Positions 7,596-15,555 of a stretch of 16,020 nt of DNA are shown one piece after another. Both the position numbers and the translations under genes were made by a program. The first letter of the stretch is position 1, and every line of letters begins with the position of its first letter. The DNA comes from Bdellovibrionia bacterium (GTDB lineage Bacteria > Bdellovibrionota > UBA1018), in contig JBJMMA010000197.1 of assembly GCA_045805065.1 (NCBI GenBank), forward strand, positions 1-16,020. Reading direction: 5' to 3'. Under the pieces are notes generated by a model. That model saw only the letters and a list, made by a program, of their open reading frames with translations, was not told the origin of the DNA and searched no databases.

Positions 7596-8282
7596 TTATA
7601 CGATCTCGCCGACTACCGGCGATTCGTAGCTCGTGAGAACCTCTTTGTAGCGCTCCTTGAAATTGGGCTCGACGGATTTCTTCACTTCAGGAAGTTCCAT
7701 GAGGCTCTTGGCCCAGTGGTGCGTCTTTGGAAGGCTCTTCCAATGAGCATCATCTCTCAGTGAGCGCATCATAAACATGCGCATAAAGACCGGGGCAAAG
7801 GCCGCATCAACGAGTGAGAACCGGGTTCCGGTAAAATAGTCCCCACCAGGAAGCGTTTCTTCCACGCGTGCAAGCGTATCCCAAAGATCGTTCCTGGCTT
7901 CGGTGACTTCGGCTGCGTCTTGAGAAGTCATCGCGGTAAAGAGCCACATCAGGCACTCTCCACTGACCGCAATCCAGGCTCTGAGACGCGCTTTTTCAAG
8001 AGGATCATCGAGCATGATCATTATAGGAGTGACTTCGTCCAGGTACTCATTGATCACGGCCGATTCAAAGAGAACGACGGGCTCGCTTTTCGGCGTGTCG
8101 TGAACGATAAGGACTGGCACTTTTCCCAAAGGCGAAATCTTGTTGAACCACTCGGGCGGATTGCCGAGATCAATAAAAGTGAGTTTGAAATCCACCTTCT
8201 TATGCAACAGCGTAATTACCGAGCGTTGAACATAAGGGCAGATATCAAAACTGATGAGTTCGAATGTCGGGGCTTTTGCCAT
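7596..8282 (-). CDS. Glutathione S-transferase family protein
   Basis: SFDICPYVQRS, ISPLGKVPVL, LFESAVINEYLDE, FSLVDAAFAP. AGGAG Shine-Dalgarno upstream, overlapping the previous gene's stop. Confidence 0.93.
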   Translation of the reverse strand: MAKAPTFELISFDICPYVQRSVITLLHKKVDFKLTFIDLGNPPEWFNKISPLGKVPVLIVHDTPKSEPVVLFESAVINEYLDEVTPIMIMLDDPLEKARLRAWIAVSGECLMWLFTAMTSQDAAEVTEARNDLWDTLARVEETLPGGDYFTGTRFSLVDAAFAPVFMRMFMMRSLRDDAHWKSLPKTHHWAKSLMELPEVKKSVEPNFKERYKEVLTSYESPVVGEIV

Positions 8283-8291
8283 CGCGGGCTC

Positions 8292-10094
8292 CTATCTCAT
8301 GAAAATAAAGGCCTGCCAGCGGCCCTTTTGACAAAGATGACGAATCGGCTTCCAACCGGGCATCGTCATAAACTGGTTCAGGTAATATCCCTTCCAATCC
8401 ATCCAAACTGAGTGCACTTCCGGATGCTCTTTCCAGGGAGCATCGATATTGCGCTCCTGCCAGTTGAGAGTTTCCGTCACCACCATCGCATCGACTTCAA
8501 TGCCATGTTGAAGCGCAAGTCGAGTGCGTTCGTAAAAGTCGTTCGTACGACTCAGATCCCAATTGGGGTGGCGGCGCGAAAGCTCAATCGTGACATCAGG
8601 AAAAGTGGGCGCCCAGACTTTGAAGGGCGCGGCCATTGAAGTGCCAGAAGAAGTCCTTGGCGCTTTTTGGGCTGCGTACTGAGTGAGCGTGTTGTCGATG
8701 CAGCTTACAAACTCATTGTAAGTGTTCCAGTTCCAGGTCGGATTTTTGCCGAGATCTTCGGCCTGAGTTTGATTGGCTGAAATGTAGAGGGTGGTCGACG
8801 CTGCAATCAGTGCCGTGAGGCCGCCGAGAGGATAAAGTCTTCGGGCCGAGTTTTTGAAATCTTCTTTGGACCAGTTCTTCCAAAGCTTCAGAAGCGTGAT
8901 TCCCGCAAAAGTCCAAACGGCGAGATGGATGTAATAAACGAACCAGACTTCGGGCTTATTGTGCCAAAGCCAGACCGTGCCCATGACCCAGCCTGCGGCA
9001 GGAACGAGTGAGATTTCAGCAGGGCCCGGCGCTGTTTGCGGGAGCTTTCGAAGTTTGTAAGCCCGAACGAGATAGCTAAGTACTGCTTTGATGAAGATCG
9101 CTGCAGCAATGAAGATCAGCGTCCAGATCGCAACAGAAGTGGCATAGAGAAGGATCGGCCAATCACTCGGCGCACCCAGGCCCTGATAAATCGAGCGAAT
9201 CGCCGACGATATCGAGCTCAGCCATGGGTTACCCACCGCCAGGCGCTGCCACTGAAGCGTCATCTGTTGAAAGAAGAGATGCGGCTTGAGTACGACCGTA
9301 AAAATCCAGGGCGCGAGATAAATCGTAGTCTTGAGCCCCACATCGATCAGGCGGCGTGGGCGATAAATCAGAACGGGGAGTACCGCCCAAAGAAGATGGA
9401 TCGCATTGAAATGGGCGTAAGCGCCAATCGCAAGAAGCGCAGCAACGGGATCCCAGAACGAATGCTCATAATCTTTTTTAGTAAACCAACCCAGACTCAG
9501 GCCCGTGACGAGGACGATTCCCGCAAGACCTATCAGCGATTCAGGCCTCACAAGCACTGAGCCCCATCTCAGTTCCGGATCCATTGCGAGGGCAAGGGCG
9601 ACAAGTGCTGCAAGAAGCGCTGGAAGGCGAGACTTATAAAGTGCAACGCCCAGAAAACTTGCGCTCAAGGCCCAAAAGCTCAGGGGCCAGAACTTCAGAG
9701 CATGGCTGCCATCAATTCCAATGAAGCGCCCCAGCCCTAAAATGATGGGGTAGAGCGGCATCGTGTTGAAGTTCCAGATGCGGTAGGTGGGCTCAAAGGG
9801 AGCCTGCGGCAACATGACCCATTGCGGTGGCCACTTGAAGAGATCCTTGGCCACAAAGTAAAAAGCCGAGTCATCGGGCCAAGGCACCGGGACAAACGAG
9901 AGCGCGCTGTTCCAGACCCAAAGGGCTGCAGCAGGGCCAATCAGCGCAATCAACCCCAGCGTCAGGAGCTTTTGGCGTGGAGCTTCGGCGTGCAGATCGT
10001 GCGAATTTGGGCTCGCTGGCGTCGCGTGAGGGGCTTGGGTCACATCTTCTTTTAGAGCATCTTCTTGGTTTGGCAAACGGCGTTTTCTCTTCAA
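8292..10094 (-). CDS. Polytopic membrane protein, probable GT-C fold (ArnT/PMT-like) glycosyltransferase; start uncertain
   Basis: About 10-11 hydrophobic segments by eye; acidic pair in PWPDDSAFY right after the first TM helix; PLYP, VRPESL and AHFNA motifs typical of ArnT-like proteins; soluble C-terminal domain; lies in a cluster with polyprenol-phosphate GT2 genes. Confidence 0.65.
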   Translation of the reverse strand: MKRKRRLPNQEDALKEDVTQAPHATPASPNSHDLHAEAPRQKLLTLGLIALIGPAAALWVWNSALSFVPVPWPDDSAFYFVAKDLFKWPPQWVMLPQAPFEPTYRIWNFNTMPLYPIILGLGRFIGIDGSHALKFWPLSFWALSASFLGVALYKSRLPALLAALVALALAMDPELRWGSVLVRPESLIGLAGIVLVTGLSLGWFTKKDYEHSFWDPVAALLAIGAYAHFNAIHLLWAVLPVLIYRPRRLIDVGLKTTIYLAPWIFTVVLKPHLFFQQMTLQWQRLAVGNPWLSSISSAIRSIYQGLGAPSDWPILLYATSVAIWTLIFIAAAIFIKAVLSYLVRAYKLRKLPQTAPGPAEISLVPAAGWVMGTVWLWHNKPEVWFVYYIHLAVWTFAGITLLKLWKNWSKEDFKNSARRLYPLGGLTALIAASTTLYISANQTQAEDLGKNPTWNWNTYNEFVSCIDNTLTQYAAQKAPRTSSGTSMAAPFKVWAPTFPDVTIELSRRHPNWDLSRTNDFYERTRLALQHGIEVDAMVVTETLNWQERNIDAPWKEHPEVHSVWMDWKGYYLNQFMTMPGWKPIRHLCQKGRWQAFIFMR

Positions 10095-10116
10095 GGAGTT
10101 TGCCAGATGCGCTTGG

Positions 10117-11031
10117 TTAGAGAGAGGATCGCTCTTTAAAAAAGCGAGAGTTCTTAAAGCCTGAGCTGCGGTTTAGAAACACCTGTCGAAAGGTGGTTAC
10201 ATGTGCAAGGAGGCTTGGAGCGGATGAAATTAGGAAGTTTCTGATTTGCGCTTTTTTGGAAATTCCGCGCCGTTGCAATTGAGTCAGGGTGTCAGATTGG
10301 CTCTTAACTAAAGTCCCTTCTTTTGCAACCCAAGCAGATTGATAATCGGTCTGCTGCGGTGTTTCATTAAAAAGTGGAAGTTTTTTGGTTCGCTCAGCAT
10401 GGACAAAGAGACTGACAGGCCAACTGTTAGTGAGCGTTACTCTCTCTTGAAGTTCTGAGGGATCAGCAACTTTATAATGACAGTGAGCAGGAGACAGCTC
10501 GATCGCAACCATTTCTTTCACTTGATAGCCATTTGTTGCGCTCAATACGTTGTAAAAGAGTTCCGGGCTAAACTGATAGAAACCATGCCCCAGCTGGTTA
10601 TTAGCAGGAGTGAATATTAGGAGTGAGCCGCCCACTCTTACCATTTCCATGGCGTTCCTGATGGCGGTGGGAAAATTAAAGACATGCTCCAACGTGCCGC
10701 CGTCAATCACGACATCGAAACGCTCATGCAGGCTAGAATCAATAGACCGGTTCAGGTCATGCTGAATAGTAGCCCCTTCGTAGTCAGAAAAGTCCATCGA
10801 AGTGACTTTTTCTGCGCCTAACAGCTCCAGGAAGGGCTCCGCAGGGCCTCGGTCATAGGTTGTCGAAAGAAATCGCGAGATCTTATTTTCAGACAGACCA
10901 ACGAGATAAGGAACGATCTCACTTGGGTTAAAAAACAGCTGTTGTCGTCCGAGCGTTAGAGTGCTTTTAAAGGAAACGCCTTTTCTGGATAGCTCGGTCA
11001 AAAGTCGTGCATCGTCTAAACTGAAGCCCAT
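10117..11031 (-). CDS. Class I SAM-dependent methyltransferase-like protein
   Basis: SMDFSDYEGA, HDLN, FDVVIDGGTLEHVFN, VRVGGSLLIFTP, HGFYQFSPE. Motif I appears degenerate (TLTLGRQ). Confidence 0.78.
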   Translation of the reverse strand: MGFSLDDARLLTELSRKGVSFKSTLTLGRQQLFFNPSEIVPYLVGLSENKISRFLSTTYDRGPAEPFLELLGAEKVTSMDFSDYEGATIQHDLNRSIDSSLHERFDVVIDGGTLEHVFNFPTAIRNAMEMVRVGGSLLIFTPANNQLGHGFYQFSPELFYNVLSATNGYQVKEMVAIELSPAHCHYKVADPSELQERVTLTNSWPVSLFVHAERTKKLPLFNETPQQTDYQSAWVAKEGTLVKSQSDTLTQLQRRGISKKAQIRNFLISSAPSLLAHVTTFRQVFLNRSSGFKNSRFFKERSSL

Positions 11032-11067
11032 GGCGGCAGCATAACGTGGAGTTGGACCCGCCTCAAG

Positions 11068-11850
11068 TCAGGTTTTAAGGTGAGCAGGCCTCGATGAGCC
11101 TTCAGGAGAAGGGGAGTAACGCTCCGGAAGATTCGTGAAAGCCTCATCCTTTGACACAAAGCAATTGAAGCGCACGAGATGCATGAGCGCCGCAACCCCG
11201 TCCTTCCAATTGATCTTCTTGCCCTGAAGCTGCGTGCGAGGAAAATAAGAGATCGGGAGCTCAAAAATGCGGGCGCGGACTTTACCCAGATAAGCGGTGA
11301 GCTCGACTTCGATTCCAAAGCGCTTAGAGGTCAGGTTCATCGACTTGAGCAGATCGGCGCGGAAGATTTTATAGCAGGTCTCCATATCGGTCAGATAAAT
11401 GCCCGAAAGAAGATTGCTCACAACCGTCAGAAAGCGATTCACAAAATAGTGGTAGGTGCGGTGAACCTGCCAGGCATTTTTCTTAAAGCGGCTGCCGTAA
11501 ACAACGTCGGCCTTGCCATTGACGATCGGCTCAACGAGCGACGGAACGTCGGTTGGGTCGTATTCAAAATCGGCGTCCTGGATCATGATGATCTCACCCG
11601 TGGCTTCTTTAAAACCACGGATCACAGCCGCGCCTTTGCCCTGATTTGGGACCTGGGTAAAGATTTTGAAGCCGTACTGCTGCTGGAGCTTTTTCAGGAT
11701 TTCCAGACTTCGGTCTTTTGAAGAGTCATCGACGAAAATCCATTCGCGTTCCACGTTGGGCAGGCAGGGAGAGGCCATGAGGAGATGGACTACATCTTCT
11801 AGCTGGCGTTCTTCGTTATAGACTGGGACTACGACGGATAGTTTTGGCAT
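11068..11850 (-). CDS. GT2 glycosyltransferase, DPM1/Ppm1-like soluble polyprenol-phosphate glycosyltransferase
   Basis: LSVVVPVYNEE, FVDDSSKD, NQGKGAA, IQDADFEYDP, VVYGSRF, TDMETCYK. No clear C-terminal TM pair. Confidence 0.9.
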   Translation of the reverse strand: MPKLSVVVPVYNEERQLEDVVHLLMASPCLPNVEREWIFVDDSSKDRSLEILKKLQQQYGFKIFTQVPNQGKGAAVIRGFKEATGEIIMIQDADFEYDPTDVPSLVEPIVNGKADVVYGSRFKKNAWQVHRTYHYFVNRFLTVVSNLLSGIYLTDMETCYKIFRADLLKSMNLTSKRFGIEVELTAYLGKVRARIFELPISYFPRTQLQGKKINWKDGVAALMHLVRFNCFVSKDEAFTNLPERYSPSPEGSSRPAHLKT

Positions 11851-12819
11851 TTAGATTTTCTCGTTGGAATCAAAATTAAGCTTTTTTGCCACCACATAGT
11901 GCGGTCGCTGCTTCACTTCTTCGAATATTTTCCCAATATACTCAGCAACAAACGCAATGCTGAAGAGTTGAATGGAACCTAGAAAAAGGCAAACTACGAT
12001 GATTGTACTGATACCTTGCGGGATGTGAGGATTTAGTATTCGTCCTACGATTTGAATAATCATGGCTGCCACTGAAAGCATCGAAACTAAGAGGGCACCC
12101 ATTGAGATCATCTCAAGTGGAATATAGGAAAAGGAAAAGATTCCCTTCTTTGCCCATCGGATATTTGACCACAGATTGTTCGTAGAGACACCGAACATTC
12201 TTTCTGGTCTCAGATATGGAACTCCAACCTGCTTGAATCCTACCCAGGCTCGGAGTCCACGCATAAAACGATCGCGTTCGGGTAGTTGATTAAGTACATT
12301 CAAGACCTTGCGATCAATGAGAGAGAAATCCCCGGCGTCGACTGGCACTCGAATGTAGGCCATTTTGTGAAAAATCCGGTAAAATCCTTTATAGCCAAAC
12401 TCCCAGAGAGGTGACATTTCGCGCTTGGTGCGAACGCCGTATACGACGTCATAGCCTTCAATCCATTTCTTGTAAAAGTCTTCGATGACTTCCGGTGGAT
12501 CCTGAAGGTCACCGTCGAGAAGGATACAGGCATCGCCGCTCGCAAGCATCATTCCGCTGCTAAAGGCATTTTGAGAGCCAAAGTTACGACTATGAGTAAT
12601 GGCTTTGATCTTTTTGTTCTTGGCGCAAAGAATTTCAAGTACGGATTGAGTATTGTCCGGGCTTCCATCATTCACAAAAATGACTTCGTAGTCGCAGCCA
12701 ATCTTTTGAAAAACGGCTTCGAGTCTTTGGGCCATGTAGGGAATGGCTTTTTCATCTTTGTAACAAGCTATGATAGCGGAAATTTTTCTCATATTGATTC
12801 TACTCAATGCGGCTTTCAA
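11851..12819 (-). CDS. GT2 glycosyltransferase, GtrB/ArnC-like undecaprenyl-phosphate glycosyltransferase (alternative start ATG 12792)
   Basis: FVNDGSPD, SRNFGSQ, LDGDLQDPP, YDVVYGVR, AGDFSLID, RFMRGLRAWVGFKQ, two C-terminal TM helices, EYIGKIFEEVKQRP. Confidence 0.92.
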   Translation of the reverse strand: MKAALSRINMRKISAIIACYKDEKAIPYMAQRLEAVFQKIGCDYEVIFVNDGSPDNTQSVLEILCAKNKKIKAITHSRNFGSQNAFSSGMMLASGDACILLDGDLQDPPEVIEDFYKKWIEGYDVVYGVRTKREMSPLWEFGYKGFYRIFHKMAYIRVPVDAGDFSLIDRKVLNVLNQLPERDRFMRGLRAWVGFKQVGVPYLRPERMFGVSTNNLWSNIRWAKKGIFSFSYIPLEMISMGALLVSMLSVAAMIIQIVGRILNPHIPQGISTIIVVCLFLGSIQLFSIAFVAEYIGKIFEEVKQRPHYVVAKKLNFDSNEKI

Positions 12820-13724
12820 TCAAGGATGCGGCGAATCTCCTGGAGTAGATTCTCGGGAGTTAGTCCGCATTGTTTTAAATGGAATGTCGAGCTACCGTAT
12901 TTCTGTCCCTGCAGGTAGCGTGCAGTCATAAAAGTGAAATTTTCAATATTTGGAAGAGCGGTCCGCAAGGACTCAGCGATGCTGCCAGGCTGATAGTGTT
13001 CCTCAAGAATAATCACCCGGCTGGTGCGACGCACGCTTTCGACCAGTGCATGATCACTCTCGAGGTCAAAAGGAAAACGAGCAATGCCAAAGAGATCGAC
13101 ATCCTTTGCGGTCAAATCATGCTTTGCACTGAGCGCAATCTGAATAGCATGACCTACTCCGATCACGGTTACACGATTTCCACGTAAATATCGGCGAGTC
13201 AGAGTTTTTGAGTTCTCTTCAATTGGGACGTCGTTCGTAGGAAATCCAGAAATCGCCAGGCGAAGATACGAAGGTGACTGGAGTGTGCTCATTTGTTTCA
13301 CTGCCGCTGCAACCTGATTGTTTGAGCAAGGAAAGAAGAGCTGCATATTTGGGAGAACTTTTAGAACCGCCAGATCCTCAACCGCATGATGGGTTGAGCC
13401 CATAACTCCGTAAGTGTAACCACCACCATTTCCAACGATTCTCACTGGAAGATTATGAAGGCAGACGTCGTTTCGAATTTGCTCAAGGCAACGATAAGTC
13501 GTAAATGGAGCTATCGAATAGACCCAAGGACGATGGCCCGCAAGCGCTATCCCTGCGGCAAGGCCCATCATGTTTTGCTCTGCCACTCCTGCATTCAAAA
13601 AACGGTTAGGAAAAGCAGAGCCAATTCCCTCTAGGGCATTGTAGCCTAGGTCCCCCGTGACAAAGATTGAACCTTCGTCTTCTTGCAGAACTTGATGAAC
13701 GGCTTTGACAAAATCCACTCTCAT
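12816..13724 (-). CDS. Transketolase-like C-terminal subunit (pyrimidine-binding and C-terminal domains)
   Basis: TGDLGY, RFLNAGVAEQNMMGLAAGIA, RCLEQIRND, GSTHHAVED, PSYLRL, ILEEH. ATGA overlap with the N-terminal subunit gene. Confidence 0.92.
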   Translation of the reverse strand: MRVDFVKAVHQVLQEDEGSIFVTGDLGYNALEGIGSAFPNRFLNAGVAEQNMMGLAAGIALAGHRPWVYSIAPFTTYRCLEQIRNDVCLHNLPVRIVGNGGGYTYGVMGSTHHAVEDLAVLKVLPNMQLFFPCSNNQVAAAVKQMSTLQSPSYLRLAISGFPTNDVPIEENSKTLTRRYLRGNRVTVIGVGHAIQIALSAKHDLTAKDVDLFGIARFPFDLESDHALVESVRRTSRVIILEEHYQPGSIAESLRTALPNIENFTFMTARYLQGQKYGSSTFHLKQCGLTPENLLQEIRRILD

Positions 13725-14530
13725 TGCGCACCGCCATTCTCAAGATCCAGCAGTGCCTGTTCATACTGCTCTTTCTTCATAGGGAGGTAATGCCATTCCA
13801 TTCGATCTTCCATGTAGCGCACGCCTTTGCCTTTGACCGTGCGAGCTAAGATGCAAACCGGACGTGATCCACGAGGAGCGCTAAGTGACTGATGAATGTC
13901 GTGAAATTCATGGCCATTGATTTCGCGTACATCAAAGCCAAAGGCTTCCCATTTGCCGCGAAAAGGCTCCATGTTCATCACGTCGGTAGTGCGACCAAAA
14001 CCCTGCAGGCCATTTGCGTCTACGATAACGGTGAGATTATCGAGCTGATGATGAGCTGCGAACATGGCGGCTTCCCAAATTGAGCCCTCATTGCACTCTC
14101 CATCAGAAACGAGGCAAGTCACATTAAAACCTGCTGGAGAGCTTCTTAGCTTCTTTGCTGCGTACGCAAGACCAGTTGCGATTGAAAGACCGTGACCCAA
14201 GGATCCTGTAGCAGCCGGAATGGCATCCCAGGCGCCAGGGGCAGGATGAGCCGGAAGAAGGGTGCCGTCTTTGTAATAAGTATCCAATTCTTCTGAGGAA
14301 AGGATGCCGTAGTGATGAAGAGTTGCGTAGAGCGATGAAGCCCCGTGTCCTTTGCTCAGAATGAAACGATCTTCTTTTTTGAGCCACTTCTTGTAGAGAT
14401 AGGTGAGTAGGTCGATGGCGGAAAGACCTGTTCCAATGTGACCGGCTTGATTCTCAAAGTGCATCCGAAGAAAGCGTTTGCGGATCGCAAGCGCATCAAG
14501 TTTTAGAGATTCGAAGTCGGTTGTGGTCAT
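13721..14530 (-). CDS. Transketolase-like N-terminal subunit (ThDP-binding)
   Basis: GHIG, DRFILSKGH, ATGSLGHGL, ThDP motif variant SDGECNEGSIWEA...DANGLQ, NGH, TVKGKG, WHY. AAGGA RBS upstream. Confidence 0.93.
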   Translation of the reverse strand: MTTTDFESLKLDALAIRKRFLRMHFENQAGHIGTGLSAIDLLTYLYKKWLKKEDRFILSKGHGASSLYATLHHYGILSSEELDTYYKDGTLLPAHPAPGAWDAIPAATGSLGHGLSIATGLAYAAKKLRSSPAGFNVTCLVSDGECNEGSIWEAAMFAAHHQLDNLTVIVDANGLQGFGRTTDVMNMEPFRGKWEAFGFDVREINGHEFHDIHQSLSAPRGSRPVCILARTVKGKGVRYMEDRMEWHYLPMKKEQYEQALLDLENGGAQ

Positions 14531-14556
14531 GTCCTTAATTCATAACGAAAAAAAAC

Positions 14557-15555
14557 TCAGCGCACCAGAACCGTATTTTCAAGCGATCGCTTAACCCACT
14601 CTGGATTTGAGCGTAACCATTCGAAGGTTTGACGCAGGCCGTCTGATAAAGAGGTCTCGGCTTTCCAACCTAGTTCGCGGGCAGCTTTGGAAGGATTCGA
14701 ATACCAGTCTGCGTGATCCCATGGTCGATTTTCCATCGTTCCCCAGTTGGGGGATTCTTGGACGCCAAAGTCGTGGATGAATGTTTGGACTAAATCCTCA
14801 AGTCGAGTACGGACTCCAGTACCGATATTAAAGATTTCACCCTTTTTAAGCTGACCGCGGTGTTCGAGCGCTTTCTCAAAGGCCCGGGAAACATCTTCCA
14901 CATAAATAAAGTCACGAGAGGTTTTTGGATTTACTAACGGCGGGAGTTTTCCATGCAGAGATTGAAGCAAAGCCTTTGAGATCAGCCGTGAAGCGTCCTC
15001 GAGCGGACCATAGACGGAGTAAAGACGAAACGTCCACGCCGGAATGCCGTGCTTGATACCGTAAAAGCGGACCAGCTGAGTTGCGGCGACTTTTGAGACC
15101 GCATAATGGCTGTCCGGATACGTAGGGGATTCTTCGGATGGAGCTGTGCAATTAAGTCCATATTCCGACGAGCTTCCCGCCTGAATAAAAGCTTCAAATC
15201 CAGAAGTCTCACGAGCGGCTTCAATTAAATTTCGGGCCGCATCAAGGTTGACCTGATAGATCCGATCCGCATTTGTTTGGCTAGAATAAGCCCCATAGGC
15301 TGCGCAATTGAGAATGGCTGTCGGGCGAATGTCTTCGACAGCTTTCTTGACTTCCTGCATGGAAGTCAAATCGACTTTGATAGAACGAAATGAGTTCTTA
15401 GCTTGAGGAATGGATCGAATATACTCAAGTCTCCAAGATCCTCGGTTGGATCCTTCGACGCCGACAACCTCCGTTTTTCCAAGGAAATGCTGACAAAGGT
15501 GAGCGCCGACAAATCCTGATGCGCCAGTAATGAGGAGGGGGCCAGAAAGTTTCAT
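14557..15555 (-). CDS. NAD-dependent epimerase/dehydratase/reductase (extended SDR, nucleotide-sugar modifying)
   Basis: ITGASGFVG, NCAA, GSSSEYG, YAVSK (YxxxK), RLYSVYGP, RDFIYVED, FNIGTG, LGWKA. ATGA overlap with the rmlA stop. Confidence 0.92.
   Translation of the reverse strand: MKLSGPLLITGASGFVGAHLCQHFLGKTEVVGVEGSNRGSWRLEYIRSIPQAKNSFRSIKVDLTSMQEVKKAVEDIRPTAILNCAAYGAYSSQTNADRIYQVNLDAARNLIEAARETSGFEAFIQAGSSSEYGLNCTAPSEESPTYPDSHYAVSKVAATQLVRFYGIKHGIPAWTFRLYSVYGPLEDASRLISKALLQSLHGKLPPLVNPKTSRDFIYVEDVSRAFEKALEHRGQLKKGEIFNIGTGVRTRLEDLVQTFIHDFGVQESPNWGTMENRPWDHADWYSNPSKAARELGWKAETSLSDGLRQTFEWLRSNPEWVKRSLENTVLVR

Noticed and set aside
10095..11053. GGAGTT present on both sides of the methyltransferase gene (10095-10100 and 11048-11053) as a possible insertion scar
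   Set aside because: A 6-bp match is too short to distinguish from chance.
14531..14556. A8 tract and a tiny ATG-AAT-TAA ORF on the minus strand between the SDR and transketolase genes
   Set aside because: The tract is intergenic, has no preceding strong hairpin and is short for phase variation; a two-codon ORF is expected by chance.
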